Numbered from the whole stretch's first letter, positions 1 through 12,628 are shown. The stretch is 59,712 nucleotides of DNA, filler included, from Dugesia japonica (GCA_001938525.1; 6 parts of 6 records of this genome joined end to end with filler, not necessarily neighbours in it), one strand, 5' to 3'. Numbers and translations are program-made. The notes: a model not told the origin generated them from the letters alone.

Positions 1-744
1 ATTAAACATTAATTATTATTATTCTTTGTTTTTAACCGTTTATTATTATTATTTGATTATTAATATTATTGATGTATTATTATTCATTTATTAAATATTA
101 TATACATTATAAATATTATAATTACTCATTTACTATTATTGTTTGACTATTTTGATGACATATTTCTATTATTATTAATAAACCATATACAAATAAACAT
201 TAATTTTCTTTGAGATATTAACAGTTTCTCAAAGTAATAAGTTTCTTTGCTTACTTTATTAGTAAGCCAGGAAATAATCTAATGATGGAATAACTAATAG
301 TTTGAGACAGGGTGCATCTAATATCGGGTGAATCCAAGAGAGCGAACCCGTAGACATCTCATAGTTTGATCCCTGAACTATCTAATAGTATGACCATAAT
401 CATCTCATAGTATGAAATCTGAGAAATTAATATTGCTTGAGGAATCATTAACTTAAATATTCTAGAAGAATTCACTAAATTTATTATTAAAAATTTCCCG
501 GAAATATTAAATAGTGGAATTAAATGATAATTGTGAAATAATCAGTACTTATTTAATTATAATTTAAGATTTTTATTCGTATTTGATTTACTTTTGTTAT
601 TGGTTGGTGATTATTATTATCATTGAAATTATTATTTTTCGAATTTTGACTATTATTATTGAATTATTATGAATTTAATTTTCATTACTTTTTCATTAAA
701 TTGATTTATACTAATATTATTATAAAGTTAAATAAATTATTATA

Positions 745-1097
745 ATAGCCTACATTGATTTGATCATAGTGAGTTGACGTTCCATATCAATTTGCAGATC
801 CGTGTCTAGTCAAGTATTGACGATGATGACTAACTGNNNNNNNNNNNNNNNNNNNNNNNNNNNNNNNNNNNNNNNNNNNNNNNNNNNNNNNNNNNNNNNN
901 NNNNNNNNNNNNNNNNNNNNNNNNNNNNNNNNNNNNNNNNNNNNNNNNNNNNNNNNNNNNNNNNNNNNNNNNNNNNNNNNNNNNNNNNNNNNNNNNNNNN
1001 NNNNAGTATTGAGCGTTAACAATTTGAGACTGGATGTGAACAGTTGGATTAATGACTCGACTATGCTACTCGGATGAGGTAATGTAATGATAAGGAA
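745..1097. repeat. Dispersed repeat family S, copy 1 (partly gapped); subterminal module of a Polinton-like element
   Basis: gtctagtcaagtattgacgatgatgact and tttgagactggatgtgaa match 5860-6195 (same strand); the first also matches 8690-8990 (reverse strand). Confidence 0.7.
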
Positions 1098-1412
1098 AGA
1101 AAAACAAACTATTATTGAAAATAATATATGAAAATAATTAACTGTTATTTTATTATTTGTTATTTATTTAATAATTTAAAACATTTGTTCCTTATTTATC
1201 CATGAAATTTACAATCAACACTAAAGGTTTTTCTGAAATTTATTTATTAATAATTAATAAATAATTAATTAAATAAATTTATTAACATTTTATTAATTAA
1301 AGTCAACTTATTTGTAATGTACTCGGGAATGAATTGTATTTTTATCATATGAGATTAACTAATTTAAATAAAANNNNNNNNNNNNNNNNNNNNNNNNNNN
1401 NNNNNNNNNNNN

Positions 1413-1780
1413 CCAAATCATCGAAACATTACCCTTGTGAATAAATTATTGACAATCACCATCCCATCTCTGAGCACTATCAACCAAATTCTGAGTACTG
1501 TCAACTAAAATCTGACCACTGTGAGTAAATAATTCACCAAATCGTTCCAAACTAACANAAATTGATTAAATCCGATTAAATAATTAACCAATTTCACACA
1601 AAAATTAACGACGTTAACCATTTCCATGGAAATAATTGACCAAATTTATTTTAAAAATACCCTTGTAAGCAAATAATTAATCAAGTTTACCTAAACCAAG
1701 TAAATAATTGACCAAAATTACCCAAACCGAGTAAATAATAGACTAAATCTTCCAAAAATTAACCATGTTAACCATTCCCG
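1413..1780. repeat. Degenerate ~40-bp tandem array
   Basis: Recurrent aaataattgaccaaa/ttaaccatt units; reverse complement of the array at 45840-46620. Confidence 0.6.
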
Positions 1781-2299
1781 AGTTTTTATTTATTAAATTT
1801 AAATTAATTAACTAATTAATTTTTTCAGTATTTTCAAATAGTTCAATAATCAAACAATAGATAGATTGATCAGATTTTTATTAAATTTTTTTTGGTACTT
1901 TGAAAAAATGACTTTACCTTATTATTAAGTTTTTATGTTATGTTTTTATTATTTTTAATGATACGAGGGATTCCCAAATAAAGTACTTGTTTCTCTATAA
2001 CTTTTTATGTATAACGTTTTGTTGATTTTAGGTTAATATATTTGTAATTAGTATAAAATTTCAAGTCGAATATTATAAATTTTGATAAATTATGAGATAT
2101 TTTTGATATTTTTGAAAAATGTCACCGAATTCCGGGAGGGCGGCTATACATATTCGTTAGGAAGCATTTTATCCGAGACGATATTTTAGGTTAACATATT
2201 TGGAATCAGCAAAAATTTCTGTATTGAATACACTTTGCTGACATATTTGAGAAGGAAAAAACTTTTGAAAAACTTTTATTTATGAGAAATGATTACCTT

Positions 2300-2539
2300 A
2301 AAGTTCTCAGCAGTTTGGTATAAAAAATCTTTGAAATCTGAGATATAGAGCATTTTTTTTCAAATTTTTAGACTGTTAACCAAGACTCCTATAAAAAAAA
2401 ATTTTTCATATTATTTAAACAAAGTGAACGGTTTGCCCGGATTTCTATAAAAAATTTCCATAACAAATTTTTCCCACCTAAAAAGCATTAAAAAATATTG
2501 CTGCTTAAAAATCCAAAACATATTACCGTTTAAAAAGCC
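2300..2539. repeat. Dispersed repeat, inverted homolog of 46660-46850
   Basis: tttggtataaaaaatctttgaaatctgagatatag and tcatattatttaaacaaagtgaacggtttgcc recur reverse-complemented at 46.7-46.85 kb. Confidence 0.65.
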
Positions 2540-2619
2540 NNNNNNNNNNNNNNNNNNNNNNNNNNNNNNNNNNNNNNNNNNNNNNNNNNNNNNNNNNNNN
2601 NNNNNNNNNNNNNNNNNAA

Positions 2620-2910
2620 TTAAAACCACAGGAATTTTTATAGCCACTTAATCCTATTACGTAAAATTCTCGACGATGAAATTAATCGTGTGCAAATGTT
2701 TTCCCAACTAAATACACAAGGAAAATACATAGACACTTACGTAATATCGTCGCGACGAAATTAATTTTATTATGTAATGCACAGAAATGTGTGCCACCGC
2801 CTATTTACATAGGAAAAATACAGCCTCACTTATGCAATAATATGATTACGTCATGACGCGGGGGGGTGCACTGAATGTGTGCTGGCTATGTGCGCTATTA
2901 TCTACCTACT
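2620..2910 (-). mobile_element. Polinton/Maverick-like terminal inverted repeat end
   Basis: Outer end reads AGTAGGTAGATAATAGCGC on the minus strand; subterminal ccgcctatttacat...ctgaatgtgt is shared with 17673-17790. Confidence 0.6.
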
Positions 2911-2939
2911 TGTATAAATAATATTGAAATCAACATGTG

Positions 2940-3170
2940 CATCGACAGTGTTAGATTACTTAACTTTGCGCAAAACTCACAATCTCATTTTACTCTACAT
3001 TTCAGAAAATTAAATGTCTAATCCTGATATTATTAAACTTTATAGTACTAATCAAGCTGGTGAAAAATTTTCGTACTTTGTAGAAAAATGGTTTTGATCT
3101 AGATGGTTGCAAACAATTAATCGATTGTCTATGTCTATTCTTAGACGTATTGAGGTTATTAGAATGGAAT
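2940..3170 (+). pseudogene. Polinton penton C-terminus plus start of the next small ORF
   Basis: LNFAQNSQSHFTLHFRKL then MSNPDIIKLYSTNQAG; the same junction occurs at 44880-45015. Confidence 0.65.
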
Positions 3171-3449
3171 CAGCACAAAATTTAATATATAAAAGCCAAT
3201 TTTTTACCATCACTTAAAACAAACGCAATAGTCAAATTCAAAGAAATTAAAATGAAGCAATTGAAGTAATCTCAAAACATAGCACTACAAATGAATAAAA
3301 ACTAAAGGTCCTGGAATAAAATGCAATCATTCAAGTATAAACAAACAAATGAATGGGTATTAACTATATTTGAGAAATGATTTGTGAAAAAACAGAATTG
3401 TGTATTTTTTATTGTCCAAGGTGTTATTGAATATGGATCATACGTAATA

Positions 3450-3705
3450 AACTATGGAGTATTTGAAAATGAAATAGAAATTTCATCAGACAGAACAATA
3501 CTAATGTAAACAATCTCAATATTTGACCAAGATAAAGTAAATTTTGATTATTACTTTGATAATATTTTAATAGTGCTATTTAGATGAATCAAATTACTAC
3601 AAAATGGCTTGGATTAGAGTTATTTGGTGTTTATCCAATGGACAGGTTTCCATTTATTCCAGTCAATAAAGCTATAATTTTCAATACTTAATCATCAAAT
3701 CTCGG
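3450..3705 (+). pseudogene. Polinton major capsid C-terminus followed by adenain-like cysteine protease N-terminus
   Basis: YGVFENEIEISSDRTILM* (compare YGVFKKEIQIKANGTV* at 17037); LFGVYPMDRFPFIPVNKAIIFNT resembles the GV(F/Y)xxD...IxNT start of Polinton proteases. Confidence 0.55.
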
Positions 3706-4758
3706 TGTTCAATAAACGAGACAATTTACTGTTACTCGATACATTTAAATTTTATTATCCGCCAATGTTGGTATTGCAGCTATTAAGATTATCAATGCCT
3801 ATTATATTTAATTTGTTTATCTGGATATCTGGATCCAATGACAACAAATTGTGGACAGCATTGATTATTGTGGTTGAAATTTCAACATTGTTGTATGTAA
3901 TAAATGTTTTTNNNNNNNNNNNNNNNNNNNNNNNNNNNNNNNTATTATTTACTGGTAATGTAAAATCAATACAGTTCATGTGTAGCTAACTTAATACATT
4001 AAAATAACAAAAATGCATAGTGGAGTAAACTTTAGTCAGAATAATTGCATTGACATTTAAAGTTACATTGATATGTACACTAAGTTAAGAATACACAGTT
4101 AAACAGAATTGGGGAAGAACTATTACATGCTATTTCATAATATAAGAGCAAAGCGTAGGAAATTTAAAGAAATGAATTAACCAAAAGATCTGAAATTCTG
4201 CTAAAAATCTGAATTTTTACACACACATAGTTTTATCCTTGAGATTAAGAACATTAAACTTAAAAAAGTACTTGGATTAATGGTGAAAGATAAGTTACTG
4301 GAAGCATCAAACTATAAAAGAAGTTATCCTCTTTACAGTTTGGATCTGAATTCAGTTGTGGAAAATCTTAAGAACAAGAGTAAATGGAGAAAGATATAAA
4401 GAATGGATATTCTTGAGGCAAAAAAGTTATAGTTCACTTAAGGAACAAGCTAGCATGAAAGCCAAGGGAATTACACTGAAAGATACTAACATTACACAAC
4501 AGTCATATCTNNNNNNNNNNNNNNNNNNNNNNNNNNNNNNNNNNNNNNNNNNNNNNNNNNNNNNNNNNNNNNNNNNNNNNNNNNNNNNNNNNNNNNNNNN
4601 NNNNNNNNNNNNNNNNNNNNNNNNNNNNNNNNNNNNNNNNNNNNNNNNNNNNNNNNNNNNNNNNNNNNNNNNNNNNNNNNNNNNNNNNNNNNNNNNNNNN
4701 NNNNNNNNNNNNNNNNNNNNNNNNNNNNNNNNNNNNNNNNNNNNNNNNNNNNNNNNNN

Positions 4759-5236
4759 ATAGGATTAACTGTTTTTAAATTTTTCTAATGTATTTAGTTG
4801 GGAAAATTTTTTTAATTATTATTACACTGATTTGATGTCTTTATTTTAAGTGAGTAATTCAAATCTTGTTCAGATATATCCATAAATAATATATAGATTA
4901 AGAAACATTATGTGTAATAAATAAATGATGATGCATAAATAATGACTTTATTTGTCAATTTTTTAAAGTTTTATTAATTTTAAATTTTATAGGGTAAATA
5001 GTAACAATTTATCTTCTATGTATGTTTTCTAATATTTAATAATTATTGAGAAAAATTAAAAATTTATTTAATCTTGTCGCGAGATTATTACATAACTGTT
5101 TTTAAATTTTTCTAATGTAAATAGGCGGCGAACAAATTTTGCACACAAATTATGTCACGAGATTAATTTCATCGGTGAAATTTTATGTGATAGGATTAAC
5201 TGTTTTTAAATTTTTCTAATGTATTTAGTTGGGAAA
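4759..5236 (+). repeat. Subterminal Polinton TIR repeat units
   Basis: taactgtttttaaatttttctaatgta occurs three times; 5090-5128 is the reverse complement of 17673-17711. Confidence 0.6.
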
Positions 5237-5859
5237 NNNNNNNNNNNNNNNNNNNNNNNNNNNNNNNNNNNNNNNNNNNNNNNNNNNNNNNNNNNNNNNN
5301 NNNNNNNNNNNNNNNNNNNNNNNNNNNNNNNNNNNNNNNNNNNNNNNNNNNNNNNNNNNNNNNNNNNNNNNNNNNNNNNNNNNNNNNNNNNNNNNNNNNN
5401 NNNNNNNNNNNNNNNNNNNNNNNNNNNNNNNNNNNNNNNNNNAAAAAAAAATTTATCATTTTTTGTAATAATTTCATTTTCAGATAATAATTTTTAAATA
5501 ATTTGAGGTTAACGATATGAATTCTTGAAGATATAATAACTTATTATAAAATATGATCAATGTTATTGGTATTATGAAAATATATAATGAATTATGATCA
5601 GAGTNNTTGGTAATATGAAAACTTATTAAGAATTGTTGATGAACTATGAAAATAAGTAAGAATTTCTTTTTTATTTAATGAAAATGTTTTATTTAATTAT
5701 TTTTTTGTAATGATTTTAATTAAATGGTAGTGATTTTTTTAATGGTAATGATTTTTTTGAATAATTAAACTCAATAAAATTTTGTAATACTTTTGTTTAA
5801 TGATAATGATAATAAATAATGCTTTTTGTAATGATTTACCTTAATTTAAAAATTTATTT

Positions 5860-6195
5860 AATGCCATACATTAAATCGATTACATTTGAGTTTGAATTCT
5901 TTACCGTTTCGCGGATCTCTATCTAGCCGAATATTGGGGACGATGATCACCTGATTTTATTTTAATCACATAATAGTTAGGTAAAAACAGTTGTGATGGT
6001 GTACATTTAAGACCGAATGCAAACGTTTGGAAGCAATGCTGTTGAAGATGCAAATACTGTAATCGAGGTTAGCCTAGTTAAAACTACGCAAGCTAATTTG
6101 TTGGATGCTAATAATCACTTATGATTTGAGACAGGATGTGAATGGATGGAATAGCTGTGACTTGTTTGTACTTCTAAATGCAATGGTATGGAATG
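5860..6195. repeat. Dispersed repeat family S, copy 2
   Basis: ttagcctagttaaaactacgcaagct is identical (reverse complement) to 8782-8807. Confidence 0.75.
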
Positions 6196-6559
6196 AAAAC
6201 AACAATAACTTTTATTGATATTATTGATAATGATTTAACTTAAACATACAAAATTAGCAATGATTTATTTTGATGAACCATTTAGTTTTAATATTGTCGA
6301 GGAGCGTCTAATGTCAATATTGCCCGAGAGCAACTAAATTTTTTAGTACTCAAATAAACTCAGCTTAATAATTGAAAATTGAAGTAATTTCCAAAGACAA
6401 TACAATTCAAAAGAATGTCTCTCCGATTTTCTTTGAAAAATCCATACAAAACCCTTAATTTCACTTAATTTAAACAAAAACTAATAAAGATCTCTCAATT
6501 TAAACAAAATGTTTAATTTCACCGATGAATCCTAAAAACCCAAAAAACCTTCAAAACTT

Positions 6560-6679
6560 CTATGGTGACCTCATCATGACACATGCAAGATTTCGACCAA
6601 TCAAATTCTAGAACATTTGATCTGAAAAAAACATCTTGAGGGTAGGGCTAGTGTTACAGTGGGCCACTATCTATCTATT
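6560..6679 (-). mobile_element. Polinton-like terminus
   Basis: End reads AATAGATAGATAGTGGCCC (minus); cgaccaatcaaa(a)ttcta is shared with the 52720 terminus. Confidence 0.5.
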
Positions 6680-7704
6680 AAATTTTTGTTTACATCCTAA
6701 GTTTAAGACAGTTTTTAATTTATTAAAATTAGAAAATTTAATTATAAGCAATCAAGAAAGTTTAATTTTTTGAAAAAATGAACTTATTAAAAGTTAATAT
6801 AGAGAAAATACTTGTTAATTACTATTTGTTATAAATAAAGCATGTTTTGGGTTGTATATAATAAAATGATTGCTTTAAAGTTAATTTTAAAAGATTGATT
6901 GACAAATGCCACTAATATCTATTATTGTCGCCCAATTACACATATGCACCATAATTCGCGGTTTACTTAACATGCAGTTTGTAAATATTGGACACGGACT
7001 ATCAAGAGTTTACAGGGTCTGATTGTATTTCGTATCAACAAGTATTTCGTATCCAATAACATGAGCTTTTATTTTTCTAGTTAAAATATCAAAAAAATCT
7101 TTCAACTAATATTTCCATAAATACAAAAATTATCTATAAATAATTAATTAATTGTAACATTTAAAATTTAGATTTCTCATTTAATTTTGTACNNNNNNNN
7201 NNNNNNNNNNNNNNNNNNNNNNNNNNNNNNNNNNNNNNNNNNNNNNNNNNNNNNNNNNNNNNNNNNNNNNNNNNNNNNNNNNNNNNNNNNNNNNNNTATC
7301 AAAAGGAGAGAATGCATAATTTAGATGGAATTGTTTGTATAAAAGCATCGAATTATATTTGTGATTTGAAGAAAAAATGTTTAAATGATGCCTATTTAAA
7401 TGATAGTAATATTGCATTGATTAATAAAGCAAAGTATTAATAAAAATTTTTCAGCCCTACATCAACTCATTTCATGTTTTATTAATTTATCCAATGAAAT
7501 GGCAATATGGTAAAATTATTATTGATTTTTATTATTCAATGTTATATTATTATTATTATTATTATTATTATTATNNNNNNNNNNNNNNNNNNNNNNNNNN
7601 NNNNNNNNNNNNNNNNNNNNNNNNNNNNNNNNNNNNNNNNNNNNNNNNNNNNNNNNNNNNNNNNNNNNNNNNNNNNNNNNNNNNNNNNNNNNNNNNNNNN
7701 NNNN

Positions 7705-8298
7705 GGGATGTAACCATTGATCGTTTTTTAGAATTCATTTAAAATAAAAGCTTCGATCAAAATTTTTTTGTTTATTGAGATTCGATATTTCGAATGTTCG
7801 TCAGGAATTGACTTTTTTAATTTATTCAAGATTTATGTTTATAATAGTAATAATTTTTGAATAAATTGATTTTTATTAAATTTTAATTGGTTAATTTTAA
7901 TTCTTATTTTAAATTTAATTTTATCATTGTAAATTATATTTATTTTAGGATTGTCTTCTTTAATTATTATTTCTTCATGTTTTTTTATGAAGTGAAGAAT
8001 TGTAGGCTGTTCCTAGTGTTTTCCATGTTATGTGATGTTGTTCTGGTGAAAGTCTATGTTTGTGTTGAAAGGGTTTGAAGACTTCACTTTCTTTCTGTTT
8101 GAGATTTTCCTTTATTCTTGTTCGGATGGTTCTGTATGTTTCGCCTATATATGACAAATGGTGTATGTTATTTTATAAGTTACATTTTTCTTATTGCATA
8201 TATTTCTATTATCACAAATGCATTTGGAACCACAAATGTTTTTACTTGGTTTGTGAAATTGGATGCCCACAAGTGCTTGCGTTTTGAATATAATTCTT
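7705..8298 (-). mobile_element. Penelope-like element 3' fragment: GIY-YIG endonuclease plus pseudo-LTR
   Basis: NVTYKI...SYIGETYRTIRTRIKE (frameshifted), followed by pLTR sequence ...ttttgatcgaagctt. Confidence 0.8.
7780..7808 (-). ncRNA. Minimal type I hammerhead ribozyme motif
   Basis: ATTC-CTGACGA-acattc-GAAA-ta-TC-GAAT; stem I is ATTC/GAAT. Confidence 0.55.
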
Positions 8299-8299
8299 G

Positions 8300-9156
8300 A
8301 GTAGATGGATAGTAGCGCATTGGAACACCCTCCCCATAGGGAAATTATTTGTTCAACCGATTGTTTTTCGATTTTTTTTTGATTTTTTTGGATTTTTTAG
8401 GGAGAGGGAGTATTTTTTGTTTTAATGAATTGAATTTTTTTTGCGGATTTTTTATAGTATAATTTATGCATATAGTATATTTATGCATGGTATAGACCGT
8501 CTCTATATTTATGCATAATATAGGTAGTCTTGATATTTTCTAAGATATTATTACAAGATATTTATGCATGGTATGGGCAGTCTAAATATATATGTTCAAA
8601 GGTATTTAAAGAATAAGAAATTAACTTTTTTTTATTAAGTACATTAGTTTAAATTATTTTCATGCATTGTTTCAGTAACAGTCTTTTTTCCTTCCATACC
8701 ATTAGATTACCTCCTCCGACATGTACAGTCCGACGGAGAGAATCCATCAAGGTCTTTAGCATCCAATTGAACTTATCAATGAGCTTGCGTAGTTTTAACT
8801 AGGCTAAGCTAGATTACAGTATGTGTATCTCCAGTAGCAGTGTTTCTATCCGTTCACATTCGGACATGATTGAAAACCACTACAATTATTTTAAAAACTA
8901 TCAGTCATCATCGTCAATAGTTGACTAGACTCAAATCCGCAAAATGGTCAGGAATTCCAAGTCAACTGTTACTTATTCAATACATGACATTTTGTTTTAA
9001 TATTATTTAGCACATATTAGACATCTTTGATAAATGTTTGACCATATAAATGGAACCATTAAATATCACAGACCATATAACTATGGAACCTTTAAATATA
9101 ACAAACCATATTACTATGGAACCTTTAAACATAATTGACCATATTACTATGGAACC
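8300..9156 (+). mobile_element. Polinton-like left end with internal short tandem repeats
   Basis: Begins AGTAGATGGATAGTAGCGC; tatttatgcat repeats at 8460-8600 and ~34-bp accatat(t)actatggaacc units at 9040-9156. Confidence 0.6.
8690..8990. repeat. Dispersed repeat family S, copy 3 (inverted relative to copies 1 and 2)
   Basis: agcttgcgtagttttaactaggctaa and gtcatcatcgtcaatagttgactagac. Confidence 0.75.
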
Positions 9157-9256
9157 NNNNNNNNNNNNNNNNNNNNNNNNNNNNNNNNNNNNNNNNNNNN
9201 TTAATTAATTAANNNNNNNNNNNNNNNNNNNNNNNNNNNNNNNNNNNNNNNNNNNN
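9157..9256. other. Artificial contig join (N44-TTAATTAATTAA-N44); the same join occurs at 17617, 25944, 34940 and 43422
   Basis: An identical six-frame-stop 12-mer is centred in a fixed 100-bp N gap five times. Confidence 0.95.
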
Positions 9257-9595
9257 TTTTCGTTTGATATTTTGATACTTAAAATGGTTGCTCTTCATAT
9301 ATCGTTGTAGAGTTCGTTTAGAAACATTGATTTCAGTTTCCTGTAAAATTTAAGTACAATTAACCCTTTCTTGACGTCCTTTAAATGCAGCCACTGTTCT
9401 TTTAATTTGTAAAATATCTTTACCATTTATTTTAAATTTCGGGCCACGTTTCTGGGCAGCTTTAACATTAACATAACGGCATAATTGTCGTGCTACTTCT
9501 TCATTTAGCCCCATAATTTCTCCAATAGCAACATATGTTTTACCTTCGCCTCGCAGCTTCAAGGCCACTTTTTTTTAATTCTTCTGAATACATTT
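9257..9595 (-). mobile_element. Tc1/IS630-type transposase N-terminal HTH remnant
   Basis: LKLRGEGKTYVAIGEIMGL...KRGPKFKI...NVSKRTLQRYMK; truncated at the join. Confidence 0.65.
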
Positions 9596-9914
9596 ATTAA
9601 GATTTAACTATCTAAAATTAAAAGAAGCATTACAATACCATAAAATAAAATTTTAAAATAATAAATAAAATATTCAAATTAAATTATTTATTATTAAAAT
9701 TAAAACACGGAAAAAATTATGTCGTTTTATTTAATTGTATTTTGTAATAAAATAAATATTCTTATTAATTAATAAATATTGCTTTAATTAAATGAATAAA
9801 NNNNNNNNNNNNNNNNNNNNNNNNNNNNNNAAATACATATTGATATTTATAGGAACTGCTGTTTAAAAAATATAAGAAAAATCGTAAAGCGAAAAAATTA
9901 TGACAACAAAATAA

Positions 9915-10440
9915 ATTGATGAAAGCAGCTAAAAAAAGAAACCAAAAAATGGCTATCAGGTCAACTAGCGGACAGACTGAACAACCCGATGTTTAAAGGA
10001 TTTCCAACAAGAACATACAAAACATATGGTATTGATGATTTATGACAAATCGATCTAATGGAAGTTATTGAATATTCAAAAATTAATAAAGCTTACAAGT
10101 ATATTCTAACAAGTATTGATGTATTTAGCAAATTTGCAAGAGCTGTTCGTGTTAAATCAAAATCTGCTAATTCTGTGGAACCTACAATCAAGTCATTGTT
10201 TAAAAATAGACACGCAGAGAATTTGCAAACAGATTTTGGTAAGGAATTTTACAATTCCAAAGTGAAGCAACTTAGTAATCATCTAAACATAAACCATTAT
10301 CGTGTATTCTCGCAGTATAAAGCTTCACATGTAGGGAGATTTAATCGTACATTGAGAGATGCTTTGAAAACGTACTTTGTACATGTTGTTAATGAAACTA
10401 TGATAAAATGTTTTACCGAAACTTATTCAAAGTTACAATC
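9915..10440 (+). pseudogene. Polinton retroviral-like (rve) integrase
   Basis: KKWLSGQ...DDL*QIDLME...YKYILTSIDVFSKFA...LQTDFGKEFYN...GRFNRTL. Confidence 0.85.
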
Positions 10441-11193
10441 ATTCGAGTCAGGAACCAAAAAACAAATTGTGATCGAAGCTTTTATTTGAAATGAATTCTG
10501 AAAAATGGTCAATGGTTACGTCCAACAATTATTCTCGCAATACTTGCACTTGTAAAAAAATGAACTTCATTATTAAACTTATGAAAACCAAATTGGAAAT
10601 AATGAAATACAAATGTAAAGTAATGAAATTCAAAATGAAACTAAAATTTTTTTGAATTATTTAGTTTTGAATTATTGGATAGTAGTGTCAATTTGATTGA
10701 GAAAATTTTTTCTTTTCATTTTAGTTCCTTTAAAAAGGATCATTCCTTTGATAAAAAATAAAAACTAAATATTATTATGCGATTTTAGTTAAACATTATT
10801 TTTAATTTGAATCCGATTTGTATATTGCTAGATGAGTTTGGAGTACTCATCGGATCGTTAATATCAAAACTCAATTCCATTGAAAATTTATTCACAAAAA
10901 CAATATATGACCACCTCTATTTGTTTATTCAAACAAAATTAAAATCCCATGCTTTAATTGGTGATCATTTTTCAAATTATTTAAAATTTATTTTAAGTAT
11001 AGATCCGGTTAGTTGCGAACTAGATGTAGATTTGTTTTACATATTCTAAAAACGAATTGGTTCATTTGGTATGAAAACAACTCAAGAGTACTAGCTAATA
11101 AAGAAAAATTACTGTCAGAATTAAAATCTAATGCATTCACTCTACTTAGAAATGTTATGTCTTCGTAATGACTTTGTGATTTATTAATTTTAG

Positions 11194-11289
11194 GTTAAAG
11201 GTTACAATCAGAAAGCTGATATTTGGTCTATAGGTATAACATCCATTGAAATGGCGACTGGTTAAGCTCCTTATGTTAAATATACAGGA
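11194..11289 (+). pseudogene. Isolated STE20 (OSR1/SPAK-like) kinase exon with premature stop
   Basis: ttttag|[29 protein letters not shown] matches kinase subdomain IX. Confidence 0.75.
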
Positions 11290-11399
11290 AAAAAATATAC
11301 AGAGATCCTGTAATTACGAAGCAGATTTGCAAAACATGTTGATTTAATCATTTAAAGTCAACATAATTTTATGTCAAAAAATTCTTTGTTACTTGATAT

Positions 11400-11930
11400 A
11401 ATTTTATAATAACAATTATTGTGAGAATAATTGTTGGACTTAACCATTAATCGCATTTGAGATTTCATTAAAATAAGAAAAAGCTTCGATCAAAATACTT
11501 GATATAACATTAAAACATTTATAAACTGTACAACTGATTTTGAATGTTTTAGTAAAGTTGAATTAATTTGTGAATTATATTTAAGAAAAAGCTTCGATCA
11601 AAATACTTGATATAACATTAAAACATTTATAAACTGTATAACTAATTTTGAATGTTTTATTTTATAATTACAATTATTCTGAGAATAATTGTTGGACTTA
11701 ACCATTGATCGGATTTGAGATTTCATTAAAATAAGAAAGCTTCGATCAAAACAAAATTTATTTGTTAAAAAGTTCAAATTTTCGACAATAGTCTTCCTGA
11801 AGAAGACTATTGTCGAAAATTTGAACTTTTTAACAAATAAATTTTGTTTTGATCGAAGCTTTGTCTTATTTTAATGAAATCTTGAATGTTTTAGTAAAGT
11901 TGAATTAATTTGTTTATTATATTTAAGAAA
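11400..11930. mobile_element. Penelope pseudo-LTR cluster: tandem partial copies and an inverted hairpin centred on a hammerhead core
   Basis: aagcttcgatcaaaa occurs three times; arms 11736-11796 and 11802-11862 are perfectly inverted around ctgaa; CTGAAGA-agactattgtc-GAAA. Confidence 0.75.
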
Positions 11931-12111
11931 ATTGAATATTATTAAAGAAAATTATAAAATGAATTTTAATATTTTAAACATCAATTATATTTGGAGCGAA
12001 GAAAAATTCCTAATATTACATTTACTATATATGTTTTATAAAAACAACTGCCTAAAAATCTATTTATTACGAACCGATTTAAAGTAATATACTAATTTTA
12101 TTACTCTAATA

Positions 12112-12401
12112 CAGAGCTTCATAAACTATGGGTCGTGACCCCAAATTGGGTCGCTTAGCAAAATCATGGGATCACAAGATTTTAATATAAAATATTTAAA
12201 TATACGAATTTATAAAATCGAGATGTGTATTTGTATCAGAATCGCACTCACACACGCAAAAAAAGTTTGAATTAGTGCGCACACTAACACGTTGCTGGGA
12301 ATTTGACAAAATATTTATATATCTTTAATATTTATATAGGATCGCTAAAAAACTCACAATCATAAATGGGGTCGTGAATGAAAAAATTTTAAGATGCCCT
12401 G
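12112..12401. mobile_element. hAT-type non-autonomous element (MITE), 290 bp
   Basis: TIRs CAGAGCTTCATAAA / CAGGGCATCTTAAA; perfect 8-bp TSD CTCTAATA at 12104-12111 and 12402-12409. Confidence 0.9.
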
Positions 12402-12628
12402 CTCTAATATTATCAATGTTGCATTACCCTTTATTATTTAATGATAATATTGTTGTTGGGTATTTCTACACAACAAAATGATTTTATGGTTCGTTGATTT
12501 TGAACTATTGAATGATATTATGTGTATTAGTTTACGGATATTGATTTTTCTCTTGATGTGTTGTTACAATATTATATACTAGATATTTTAATCAAAACGT
12601 ATAAATATGGTAATATTTGGTAATAAAC

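Noticed and set aside
802-7742. ORF-track entries rich in X
   Set aside because: Open only because they run through N gaps.
9201-9212. TTAATTAATTAA recurring every ~8-9 kb as a possible biological boundary motif
   Set aside because: Always centred in a fixed 100-bp N gap; it is a scaffolding linker with stops in all six frames.
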